Origin: Epiperipatus broadwayi
Taxonomy: Eukaryota > Animalia > Onychophora
Assembly (NCBI GenBank): GCA_028023455.1
Contig: JAQFVV010000003.1
Coordinates: 9,362,001-9,426,000 of the forward strand
DNA length: 64,000 nt
Direction: 5' to 3'
Shown in pieces: positions 13,364-25,882 of the stretch. The position numbers and the translations under genes are program-made. The notes under the pieces were generated by a model, which did no database searches, had not been told where the DNA came from, and was given only the letters and a program-made list of their open reading frames with translations. Numbering within the stretch: the first letter of the stretch is position 1; every line of letters starts with the position of its first letter.

Positions 13364-14888
13364 CAAAGTTATATAGTTTGCTAAAAATCCACAAATCAGA
13401 TATTCTATTCAGACTAATTGTAAGTGCAGTTGGTTCACCAGCATAGACACTAGCTCATTTTCTATCTTCTTTTCTATAGCCACATTTAACAGAAATGTCA
13501 TCTTATGTTAAGGATGCAACTAATTTTCTTGAGTTTATCCATATTAAATTAACTAAAAATGATATTTTGGTAAGTTTTGATATTGTTTCACTTTTTACTA
13601 ATGTATCTGTAAGGGAAGCTATTGAAGTTTTGAAAAATATTCAATTGTCTGAAATTGTTGTGAGTTTAATTGAACACTGCTTATTAAATAAATTTTTTTG
13701 GTTCTGATGGTCAGATGTCTAGACAAACATCAGGTTTAGCTATGGGTTTATCAATTTCTCCAGCAATGGCTTCTATTTTTATAGAGAACTTGGAAAACAA
13801 AAATTTTGATATCAGTAGTTAAAGAACCATTTCTATGGCTGAGGAATGTTGATGATACTTTTGTTATTTGGCCTCATGGTGATCATGATCTTAATGAATT
13901 TTTAATTTTCTTAAATTCTTTTCACAACAGCATCAAATTTACTATGAAAGTAGAAAATAATAATCAGCTTCCATTTTTAGATGTTTTAATTGAACAAAAG
14001 ACACACTGGGAGATATCTACCTTTTCTTCTCATCACCATCCAGCCCAATTATTTTCAGTGACAAATTCATTGTTAGATAGAACTAGGAGCCTTTCTGATG
14101 ACCACCATTTTAGCAAAGATACCTATGCTACTAAAAAAATGCTTCTTCATAATGGTTTTAATCACAGGATTATTAATAAGATTTTTTTTTATATAATATG
14201 AAAAAATATTTTTATATTTTAAAAATTAAGACTGTTCTGCCATATATAAAGAAAGTAATTGATAAAATTGATATTATTTTTAAAAAAAAAATATCCACAC
14301 AATTCATATTACATTTAAAAAAATTAATAAAATATTTCCATGCCTTAAAGAGAAAATTTCTTTGGAGTGTCATGGTGTATATGAAATTCCATGTGGAATT
14401 TGTTTACATTCATACAATGAACAGACCAATTATAGATAATGTATAAAAAAGAAAGAACACATTTTGATAGAAAAAAATCTAATTTGTCAGCCATTTATTT
14501 ACACATTAAATTAACTAACCATGACATCAATTTTAATAAAACATATATTCTGGCAAAAATTGAACTATATGACCAGAGATTGCTAAGGAAAGCTATAGAG
14601 ATTTTTAAAAAGTCCAGGAGCATAAATTAAAAGTGTGAATTAGTTAACAATATTTGAAAAAAGCTATTGAAGGATAAAATATTTTTTAAAACTTCTCAAC
14701 CAATAGGATTTGAGAATGAGGAGAAAGTAACTAAAAAAAAAATAACAATTTTGAATCTCATCACACACATTCTTATGATTTGAGAAAGAATAAGTTCTGA
14801 GGAAAGTACTTGTTATTGTACTGAAATGTTAGCTATTTAGCCATTATATTTTTAGTACATGGAAGGTCCCAGAAATTACTATGAATTC
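13364..14888 (+). mobile_element. Penelope-like element, right arm of the 3.1-kb palindrome; degenerate RT, GIY-YIG and pLTR
   Basis: YSLLKIHKSDILFRLIVSAVGSP (13371+), ILVSFDIVSLFTNV, GLAMG, WLRNVDD, PFLDVLI, FNKTYILAKIE..QRLLRKAIEI; many frameshifts; hammerhead motif 14797-14834. Confidence 0.93.
14793..14834 (+). ncRNA. Minimal type I hammerhead-like motif in PLE pLTR (CpG-decayed)
   Basis: AGTT-CTGAGGA-A-AGTAC-ttgttatt-GTACT-GAAA-TGTT-AGCT; perfect 5-bp stem II; ATGT is the expected decay product of a palindromic ACGT stem III. Confidence 0.65.
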
Positions 14889-16269
14889 ACATGTTTATAT
14901 ATGTGTATATTAAGTTCTTTTCTTGAAAGCAGGTGAAGTAATTGAATAATAGATTAACATAAGTAATAACAATTGTTAATGAAATTTTACCACTGCTTGC
15001 TATTTTTTTGAAACATAATTTGTTCTAATATCTCAATATTCAGAACATAACATTATAAATTATAGTGAGCTTTTACATTATTAAAAATGCACATCTAATA
15101 GTCTGCCTCATTTATATTAATTTTATAACCAATTAGAAACAAATTTTGAAAATTTTTATAATAAATTACTAACATTCAATAGCAAATTGCAACAAACTTT
15201 ATCAATTACCAATTTTATGATTAATACTAGTGACAATTATCTTCCAAATCCAAAAACCACAATGCAAGCAACAAGTAATAGATACTAAGTGCTAATGCTT
15301 GGATTCTGGAATTGGAAAGAAAAGGGTGAGTAATGTTACTCTTCACCTTTGTAAATAGTTTATTTACATCTGAGGATATTTTGCAAAGTATGGGATAGGA
15401 TGTTGAGGGGAGAGGTCATCTTTTAATCCATTAAGAAAATTCATCAAAGAACATACAAAAGTATATTTGTTTTGATATTTTATCAAAGCAAGATTAATTG
15501 TGGGTAAGATTGTTTTAAAAAAAATCATAAGTGAAATTTGAAAGCGTACATATATATATATATATTAAATACAAGTTAGTCTAACATTGTAATTTAGATA
15601 ACAATTTCAAAGACATGATATATTGTTTTTGAGTCTAATCACAAAAGTCTCAGTAAGATATGAAATATATTTTTGTAAAAAAATTTAAAATTATCTATCA
15701 TGATGCTTTGTAAAACAGGAAATTGAGTATCTATTCTGGATAAAGAATGAAAATATTCATGGTTTCCTAGTCATAATTATTTGGACAAATTTTTAAAGCC
15801 TCTGTATTATGTTTTCATTTTGGTCTTGAATAGTCATTTCACAATTGTACATTTTAATGATAATCTAACCATCATCTTCTAAATAACAACTAGCCAATTT
15901 AGCTAGTCATTTACTGGTGGTGGACATTTTTAGAATAGTCTCATAAAGAAACAGTAAAGTTTAAAAGGTATTATTCATTGATTTATCAATTAACAAATAG
16001 ATTTTTCATCTGTGATCTATTCTCTAGCCAAGAATAACTGAATATTAGTTTATTGAAAACTTGAAAAAACAATCAAGTTTTAGTTGCTTTACTCCTATAC
16101 CATGAGGTACACTATAACTATCTATTTATGATTAATAATTAAGTATGTTGATATTATTAGGTAGAAGATAATAATTCCAGATTAATCTGGTTTCAATAAA
16201 TATTATAAAAATGTACAATTGCAATATTATATGGACTTCAAATTATTAAAAAAAATACATTGTGCTTAA

Positions 16270-16830
16270 GACTCTATCATCATCAGCTTCAATTAGTCTT
16301 TTCACCTCATGGATGAAAGCTGGAAAAGCACTCACAGCTCTTAAAGATGCTAAAATCATCTTTATTTCAAAGGCTGAGGAAGCCAATAAGATTAATGATA
16401 TATAATTTATTACTGTTTTCTAAGTCTTGCTCTGGTTTGTTTTCATGATTCTTGACATCTTGCCTCTATCAATCTTATTTGTTTCATAAATCTCAATAGT
16501 AATTTATTGTGGAACAATTATGGGAGTAAATGCCATTGCAGTCCATATCATAAGTATAAGAGAGGTTTTATATAGAATGTGTCTTAATATCAGTAAGATT
16601 TTTGATTAGGTGAGCCACAGAAATATATTTTATTAATTAATATCAATTGAATAAATTAATTTTAATTATTCACCACTTTTATTCATATCATTTTAACAAG
16701 AAATATTCTGAGTCAATTAAAAATTAGTCCCCCCACCCTTGATAAAGATATGTAGAAACAAATTCTTAGAGAATGTCTTTAATGTTTTTGAATATGATGG
16801 TCATTAAAATGATGTATTATTGTGTATTTA
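16270..16830 (+). mobile_element. Highly degenerate LINE RT remnant
   Basis: AKIIFISK near 16350, LNISKIFD*VSH near 16585 (LDISKAFDxVxH-like) and SPPTL near 16730. Confidence 0.55.
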
Positions 16831-19800
16831 ATATATAAATACAATTGATGAAGACCAGATTTGCCACTATCTACATAAATAAATGTAGATGCTGTCTCTC
16901 ATTCTCAGTAGATAAAATGATCAATCCAAAGAAGACAGTCTGTTTCAATAAAATTGTAGATGTATCAAATGACTTGTTGAATTTTATTATTAAGAGCAAA
17001 TTGTTTCATAAAGGAATTAAAAGAGTTTATTGTAAGGTACACAATACTAAATAAATAAACATTTTATTTCAAAGTTCTCAAAAATTAAACAACTTGTCAA
17101 AAGTCATAAAACATATTTTGCAATTAACTATAAAATAAAATGCAAAACTTTGTCTTCTACATAAATTGATTTGACAGTCATATGATTAATCCAATTTAAA
17201 TATTAATAAATATTGATTGTAACAGAGCAAAATAAGTTGTCATATAATTCATCTGAATGATGATTATTTTTCGAAAATGGTTATTTTAATAAGAAATTTG
17301 AATATTTTAAAGTTAGAAATTTATAAGCATTAATTTTTTTAAATGTTGAAATTAAAAGAAAATAAATAAAAACTTGAATTCTAAATACTAATAGTTTCAT
17401 TAGTATTATTTATTTCTAAAAGTATAAAAATATATATTGAAGTATATAAAAAATATTTTTCAAATTTAGTGTAATAATCTTCCCAATTTTGGATTTTCTA
17501 CTTTTCAAGAACACAACTCTACTTGAACAAAGAATGCAATATGTATATCTAAATAAAACCATGATGGACATTACATTTAAATGCTCTTTCACTTTTCAAC
17601 TTTAATGATTCAATGTAATTCTGAGAATATTTTTCCCTTCTGAAGATTTATACAAAATCAGTTGAAATTGTTAAGGGAAAAAAGAAAAAGTAGCATTAAG
17701 CGTTGTATCTATAACTACTTTTTAAAGTAACAATAATAATTATACTTAATACCAAATAAAAAAGATATTACTAATTAAATATAAATATTTGCATGTATAT
17801 CTAGAAAATTGTAAGTAATTTATGCCTAATGGGTAACTTTGTATAAAATAGTTTATAATGAAATATTTCATATTTAGTTTTATTGCGTTTTTTTTTACCT
17901 AAAAAAATAATAAAATATAATAATAAGTGCTTAATTAAAGCAGAAATAGTATTAGTAAAAATTATTCTTTTAGCATTTTACATTTTATTAAATTAAAGAT
18001 GAAATCGGCTTTTTTTTTTGTAAGCAAAATTAGTGATCTGTATAAAAAATATTAATAATTTAAATGTTTTTATGTATAAATTTTTTGTTATATGCTACTA
18101 ATTTAAGTATATACTTTTTTCTCCGAAGCAAAAGTAATACGGATGCAGTTCGCAAGTATTTTTATTTTGTTTTTGCAAAATGATTTAGTATCCTCACCCC
18201 CCTTTTAAATTAAGTGTATTTTTAATGTGTGTGTTTTTTTTAATTAAAAAAAATACATATATGTACATTTTTTAATGTTTTTTTTTCCTGTTAATTTTGG
18301 CATATAACACTGTTGATAAAAAGGTTATAAAATTTTAAGGTCAAGTAAGTCTAGTTTGAATTTATTTTTTATAAATATTAAACTAACAAAAACAAAACTC
18401 CTAATAAAGATCAATACATTTTAAATTGTTTTTAATTAAAAAAAATGAATTCAAACACTAGCAAATTATTAATTTAAATTAATAATATTTCGGTTTTTAT
18501 TAATACTAAATTAGTAGTAAATTATAATATTAAAAGAAATGTTTGTATTTAATATTTTAAGAAAAACAAACAAACAAATAAAATACTTTATACTATCTAA
18601 AATGACAAAAAAAAAAAAGTTTTCGAATATAACTATTGTTTAATTTCTCAGAAATATTTCAATCTTTTTTGTTTGTCTTAACGCGTAAATTTATTACTAT
18701 TTAGAAACATTTCAACTGTTCTTGGATTATCATTATTAATCTTCATATTAATCTTGAATATTTTTAATATTAACAATATATAAATAAGTTATGAATATCT
18801 GAAAGCAGTCTAAATGTTTCTAAGTATTAATAAGAATATAAAAAGCAATGTAAAATGAATTGAAATATTAATCATAAATTATATTAAAGTATATTATTGA
18901 ATACATAAACTTTATTGGCTTACTTAATCTTCTATAAATTTTCTTTTTACTTTTGCATTGATAATATAATAACAGTAGCAATTTCTTATATAATTATATC
19001 TCCACAATATACTTCAAGTGAATAGCAATCTGTTATGTATGTAATTAATTGTTATGATGTATATTCCAACTCAGAAGTAGAATATTTAGAAATATGCACT
19101 TTCCATTATTCATTAAAAACATAGTTATATATAAACATACACTTACATGCAGACTAACATATATATTTATATTTGGGTATCTATTTATATATATAAAAAT
19201 AGTTCGGATTTATAAATGTGTATGTATGTGTGTAATATATTTTGTATAATTTGATAGTTATAAATGTGTTAATTGCATTGCTATAAATAATATTTTAAAA
19301 TCGATTTAATTGCACTTATATATTTACAACATTTTTTTAAAAAAGATATGTTTATTAATTATTAATTTAGGAGCACCATATGACACTAGAATAATAATAA
19401 TTTTATAAAATTATTGTCATATAATATTTTCCAAACCCTAAAGAATTAGATTTTTTTTATTCTTTCTTTTTCAGTCTAATTTTAGTTGTTACGATCACAT
19501 TCTAGAATCCAACAAATCTTGCGAAATCATAGTGGTAATAACACTACTAAATTCCTTGTAGATGTAGCACTAGAAATTATATTAACTGCAAAAATAATCC
19601 ATATCAATTTTTTTTTCCTTATAAATGTAAAAAAGTCCATCTTTTAGACTTAATCTTATTAGTTAATTGATTTTTTTGCAAAAAAGTTTTGGTGTTCAAT
19701 AAGTTTGATATTGGAAGATGGATTTTTTTAAAAATAAAAGGAATAAATTATATATAAAAATAAATGTACTAGTAACTTTTATAGTGCTTATAATTTTAGT

Positions 19801-20329
19801 TTGTAAAATAATTAGTTTATTAATATCAAATGTTTAAAGAGGAATAATTGAAAAGCATTTTAATTAGATTTAACTCGCATTCTACACATTTTGTATTTGT
19901 CTTTTTTTCCATAACCACATTAAATTCAAAGAAATACAATAAAATTTTATGCACTTTAATGCAATGTAGTGCAATTTGCTAAAGAGCTAAAGGTCACTGA
20001 ATCAAACTTTAACTCTGATTTATCCAGTGTTTGATCATCACATGATTTCTATGTGATGAACCTTTCAAGTATTATTTGCAATAAATCACTCAAAATAAAT
20101 AAATGCATATTTATATTTTCTTTATTCTATGCAAGAATCATTTACTGAACTTAAATAATCAATGGATACTAAACATTAATGCTTATTCATTCACATTTCA
20201 GGACTGGTTTTTAATGTCTTTATTACAATCAAGTTTATGATAGATTATTCTGGAATAAATTGAAAATAATTCCTTTTAATAGCCCATGTTAAGAGTAAAT
20301 TGAATAATATAATGTTTGTTGTTTATATG

Positions 20330-20564
20330 CTTTAAAATTTAATATTCAAGAATCTAAAGGTGTAAATTCTACTCCTATGCTAATATTACCATTGGGCAGC
20401 CAGCAAATCTGAATAAGAGTCAAGAATAATACTACTCAAAACATTGTGTAATTGCTAATCTGTCTTGTCTGTGAGTTATTATTAAGAAGTTATTTGTACT
20501 TGAAAAGTTTAAATAAAATTTTCTAGGCATTCAACATTTAATAAATAGATGATGGAAATAGTCC
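20330..20564 (+). mobile_element. 5'-truncated copy of the tRNA/hammerhead PLE pLTR family
   Basis: Colinear with the reverse complements of 53289-53540 and 59230-59475; CTGAATA-A-GAGT/ACTC-AAAA at 20409-20441; tail tagatgatggaaatagtcc. Confidence 0.7.
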
Positions 20565-22239
20565 TACATATCATATACGATCATTTTCAGTTTGTAAAAA
20601 AAAAGCAGAAAATAATTTATGTATATATTATTTTTAATTACCAAGTCTATACATAACTTTGTATTAGAGACATAAATGAGTATTATTTTAATATACATTA
20701 ACATATTTAATTAATAATCAATTGTACAACCAAAACATGAATAGAGAATTAAAAATAAATTATATGATTTTCCTAGCATACTTTTATCATCTTACTGATA
20801 GCAGCAATTTATTATATTTTATCTTCAAAGCCATTTATTGCAAACATGAGTAATCAATTAAGATTAGTTGGTAATTCAACATTCATATTCTTGAACTAGT
20901 TTTATGTTGTTTTTATCAATATAAGATCAACATCCTAAGACTAGTTCAAAGATTTGGGCATAGCACTATCAATTGGTGTACATTGATTGTTCATATTGAC
21001 AATAGATGGCTCTGAGTAAAATAAATAATGATTTGTTGCTTTTAAATAGAATATGCTAAATTATTTTATGACTAACAATGATTGTGTAAAAATAATTGAA
21101 ATGTCTCATAAATCATAAGATTATGAAATGAAAAAGTTTTTTTGTTAATTCAATACAAAACAAAATCAGTTAATGATGTAGTTCTTCAATATCACAAGCT
21201 ATAATATAATTATTGGGAGGAAACTATGTATTTAAAATGATAGTACAGTCAAACTCATTTGACCATTTTCAGCTTACTGGAAAAAACCTATTAGTCAGAA
21301 AATGATTATGGAAATCTAATTGTCCTGTCATCTAATGTCTATTACTTACATATTGACTTCTGAACCTTAAGAGATATGACACTACTGATTTAATAATGTA
21401 AGCTGAGAAAATCAATAAAATAATATTTTCATTTTATACTAAACTAAAATATACTTTATAGAATATTATTTTATAGTTTCTAGTAACATTTGCCAATAAT
21501 TTTTGTTATTATACCAAAACAAAATCATGTGACTTATTTAAAAACACACTGTCGGTTATTATATGAAAATGTAAAATACCTTCACATATCAATAATGAAG
21601 ACTGCATCATATTAATGTTTGTGTTTTGATTGGTATATTAACATCCTTCTAGGAAATATAAATAACTGTATAATCTTTGCCCTTCATCTAGACATATATT
21701 TTCTAAATAATGGGCCCACTCTATAAAAAAAATTTCCTGAACTTTCTTTAATAATTCTCGGATGCTCAAAAAAATGTTCAAGCTCCACTCAGATTTGTAT
21801 TTATATCAAATAGCTAAGATACTAATTACTATTTTTTGCTGCATTCTTATTATTACCATATGATATTTTTTCACATCTACTGATGATCTATTATGAAGAC
21901 AAATGGTCCATCATGCAAAATGGGATCTCTTAACCCAAACTTCAAATGACAACAAATAAATAAACAAACTCTATAATTAGTTAATACCGGTACATTTTTA
22001 TAATGAAAGAAGATGAGTATAAGTGAATGCACACAAATTAAAATTAGATATAATGATTAAGTCATCATTTTACATGCACAGGCATATAGAATTATATATT
22101 ACTTACTACATGTAGAAATAGATACTAACTGTAAAATTAAATTTAAAGTATATAAATAAATTATCTATAATCAAATGTAAAATAATAAAATAATAATTAA
22201 AAATGAAAAATATTTCAATGACATATTTATCCTTTTATT

Positions 22240-22600
22240 TTCACTCTTTATCAATCCAAATCAGAGTTTGAATCAGTTTCTTTGAGCTATAACTTCTCTT
22301 CTTTGCAATATTCAAGTAAATTTCCATATCTCATTTTCCCATTTCACACATGAACTACTTCTAAATTTTTCATAATCTTTTAAAATTCAATTTAACGATT
22401 TTAATTGTCTATATATTGTCATTTTTTATAGGCATATCCAGCTAATCTTTATTTTATTCTCTTACTTTTTCGGTGATGTTACTGGTATCTATATGTTTTT
22501 CACCATTGTATTTTGCTTTCAATCCCTCTTTGTAAAACACAATCTTTGTCCTTCATTGTGATTTTTGTGATCATAGCTCTTACATTTAGTGCCCAAATTT
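22240..22600 (-). mobile_element. Ancient RTE relative, interrupted by the younger RTE
   Basis: - strand translation TKIWALNVRAM..KRD*KQN..K*RLAGYA..KWENEIWK..QRRE aligns with ETWTLNKRAI..KRDQKRN..KWSWAGHI..RWMDEIRK..WRRE of ORF 22616-23032. Confidence 0.6.
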
Positions 22601-22615
22601 TTGTTGTATTCATTA

Positions 22616-24115
22616 TCAACCATTATCAATCCACTGCAGGATGAAGGTCTCTCCAAGTTTAATCCATCTTCTCCGATCTTTAGCTTCTCTTCTCCACATC
22701 ACCCCTACACATTTTCTTATTTCATCCATCCATCTTACATATAATCTCCTTCTGGGTCTTTTACAATCTCTTGGAATCCAGTTTAAAATTTTAATTGTCC
22801 ATCTATTATCATCTCTTCTAGCAATATGTCCAGCCCAACTCCACTTCAATCTTTTAATTTTTTCAATGAGGTCAGTAACACCTGTTTGTTCTCTTACCCA
22901 TACATTGCGTTTTTGATCTCTTTTTGTTACTCCCAACATGCATCTCTCCATACTTCTTTGAGTGGTCTGAAGTCTCTGTATTGCTCTTTTATTAAGTGTC
23001 CAAGTCTCAGATCCATAAGTAAGAACTGGCAAAACACATTAATTAAAAACCTTCCTTTTCAAACACATAGGCATATTTCCTTTTAATATCAAGTTATTTC
23101 TACCAAAAGCACTCCAACCAAGTTTAATTCTATGATTAATTTCCTCTATTATGTTTCCATCTGTATTAATAATCTGACCAAGGTATTTGTAACTCTTAAC
23201 TTCTTCTAATTCATCATAATCAATCTTTATTTTCATATTTTGAGCAAATCGATTAAACATTACTTTAGTCTTTTTAACATTTATCTTTAGTCCTACTTTC
23301 CTACTTTCATCTGATAACTCCTGCAACATTTCCTGCAGCTCGGAAGCATTATTTGCAAAAACAACTACATCATCTGCGAAATCTAAATGACTTAAATAAT
23401 CTCCATTTACTTTCACTCCTTTAGTTTCCCATTTTAATCCACAAAATACTTCTTGCAGCACTGCTGTAAAAAGTTTTGGAGATATGGAGTCACCTTGTCT
23501 TACACCTTTCTCAATGTTGACTTTCCCAGTATCATTATGTAATCTAATTGTTGCTGTTGCATTTTTATAAATATTCTTTAAAATATGACAATATCCTGGA
23601 TCTATACCTTGATGATCCAATGCTTTAATCACTGAAGAAATGTTTATAGAATCAAATGCCTTTTCATAATCTACAAATCCAAAACATAATGACAACTCAT
23701 ATTCATTTGTCCTTTCTATAACTTCTCTCAATACTTGAATATGATCTACTGTACTAAAACCACTTTTAAATCCAGCTTGTTCTCTTGGTTGGTGAAAATC
23801 CAAGGTTCTCTGTAGACGAGTTGTAATTATCTTGGTAAAAATTTTATATAAAACTGATAAAAGGCTGATAGGTCTGTAATTTCTAATATCTTCTTTATCA
23901 CCTTTTTTAAATATTAATATTATTACTGCATTCTTCCAATCATTCGGTACATCTTTATCATTTAGACATTTGGTATATAACTTTGCTAATATTTTTTCTG
24001 TTTCTTCACCTGCTTCTTTTAATATATCAATTATAATTCCATCATTACCTGGAGCCTTTCCTTTTTTCATACATTTAATTGCATTTCTCACTTCTTCATT
24101 TAAAATTCTGGGCAA
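22616..24115 (-). pseudogene. RTE reverse transcriptase domain and C-terminus (internal stop near 23039)
   Basis: [79 protein letters not shown]. Confidence 0.95.
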
Positions 24116-24158
24116 TTCGGAAGATGTAATAGATATAGGAGGTACTTGTTCTTTATTA

Positions 24159-25590
24159 CTATATAATTCTTGATAAAAATCTTATGTCATCCCTCTTTTT
24201 AGTAATAATTCCATCTTTTTTCCTTATTGCAGATATAAATTTCCTACCAATACCAAAATGTTGTTTTACATTCTTAAGACTTTTATTTTCTGCTACAGCT
24301 TTTCTTGCTAGTTCACAGTTATACTTTCTTATATCATTATCAACTCTTTTCCGCACCATTTTACAAAATTCGAGATATTCAATTCTTTTTAATGCATCAT
24401 TCTTGCATATCTTCATATTCCTTCTTTTCTTCATAAGTTCTCTAGTCTCAGTAGAAATTTTATTAGTCAATTGCTGCTTTTTTCTACCAGCTATCTTTGT
24501 TGCAGTTTTTACAAGTGTATCAGTTATTTTCATATTAATTTCATTCAAATCTGAATCATGTTCAAAATCTACTAATACTTGAAACCGATTTGTAAGTTCT
24601 AATTTAAATTCATTAGAATGTTTCTGAAGATTAGGAATATCAACTGTAAATATAGTTTTTCTTAATAATTTTTGTCTCTCTAGTTTTACATTAACATGTA
24701 TCTTACCCCTTACTAATCGATGATCACTTCCTGTGTTAAATTTATTAAGAACATTACAATCTTGAAATATGTATTTCCTGTTAGTCAAAATATAATCCAA
24801 TTCTGCTGTACCTTCATTTGGATGCTTCCATGTCCATTTCCTTCTAACATTTTTCTCAAAAAAAGAATTCATAATATAAAGTTTTTCCTTCTCTGCAAAC
24901 TCCACAAGTCTATGTCCTCTCTCATTTCTATTACCATAACCAAAATTACCTACAACACTTTCATCTTTCATTTGTTTACCAATTCTAGCATTAAAGATCT
25001 CCCATAACAATTTTACATTGTTGTTTACTCTGATCAAAAGCCTTTTGTACATCCATATAAAAATCTTCTACTACTTCATCACTGTGAGAACTTGTTGGGG
25101 CATAAACCTGAATTATCTGCATTTGATATCTGCTATTAAGTTGTATAACTAATCTTGCCACTCTGTCTGATACACCATCAATCTCCACAATATTGTTCTT
25201 CCACTTTTTATTTATAATGAATCCTACTCCACTTGTATTTCCAATATTTGTGCCTTTATAATAGAGCATATGTCCACTTTTTAAATCAATTGTCTCTTCA
25301 CCTTTTCTTCTAACTTCACAAAGTCCAATAATATCCCATTTAATATAAGAGAGTTCTTCTTCTAATTCTTGCAATCTTCCTTCACTTGAAAGTGATCTGC
25401 AGTTGTAAGTACCTAAATAAAAAGTCATCATCAAATGGCAGCCTGGGTCCACCTCCAGGATATTCTTAGCACCCTCCGCCTTCGGCCACCAACCGCTGCC
25501 TTGGTTGGTGACTTTACAGCCTCCTGGGATTAAGGGCCATGCTTTATTTTTGTCTGTCATAATTGTATAATTGGAAAAAATCTTTATCAT
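24159..25590 (-). pseudogene. RTE apurinic-type endonuclease domain, frameshifted near 25020
   Basis: GTYNCRSL, WDIIGLCEVRR, IIQVYAPTS, MGD, ELDYIL, GSDHRLV. Confidence 0.95.
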
Positions 25591-25714
25591 TTACACAAAC
25601 ATTCATTCTGCCTTATCAGGCACTGAGAAGAAAGACCATGGTGTTTCTCGATCTTAAACTCAGAGGTAAAAAGCCAATAAACTCACCATGCTGGCTAATG
25701 CGTGTTGGTGAGCA

Positions 25715-25882
25715 GCCCATCCATGTTCGTATACTATATGAATAAACATATAGTAATAACAGCTGCAACGACAAGAACGTATGGAGTGGACATTAGGAAT
25801 TTGCCCTGCTCGGTTCCTTTAAGGCCTCCAAGAGGAATCAAAGGGTCTCCTTTCAGTTAATAGCAAACTCCTTTCTGCAGCC
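25715..25882 (-). ncRNA. HDV/CPEB3-like self-cleaving ribozyme at the RTE 5' end
   Basis: P1 GGCUGCA/UGCAGCU with G1-U wobble; P2 GUCCA(C)UCCAU/AUGGAUGGGC; P3 ACG/CGU; L3 UUCUUGU; J1/4 GU; P4 UAU(U)ACUAUAUG/CAUAUAGUAUA; J4/2 CGAAC (putative catalytic C at 25729); G1 (25882) abuts the TSD. Confidence 0.85.

Larger units (their letters stand above)
22611..25882 (-). mobile_element. Full-length RTE-clade non-LTR retrotransposon (APE plus RT), inactivated
   Basis: APE and RT motifs in ORFs 24991-25590, 24159-25052, 23039-24115 and 22616-23032; 3' end tgataatggttgataatg; 10-bp TSD ttgttgtatt at 22601-22610 and 25883-25892. Confidence 0.97.

Noticed and set aside
13283-13405. 42-bp inverted repeat as a stand-alone MITE
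   Set aside because: It is simply the centre of the 3.1-kb PLE palindrome
16845-17054. 69-aa ORF as an exon
   Set aside because: No similarity to alpha2delta or any family I recognise
19477-19535. Possible small exon (SNFSCYDHILESNKSCEIIV)
   Set aside because: Splice-like signals only, with no recognisable homology
22641-25007. + strand ORFs overlapping the RTE (also 33790-33993)
   Set aside because: Antisense shadows of RTE coding sequence
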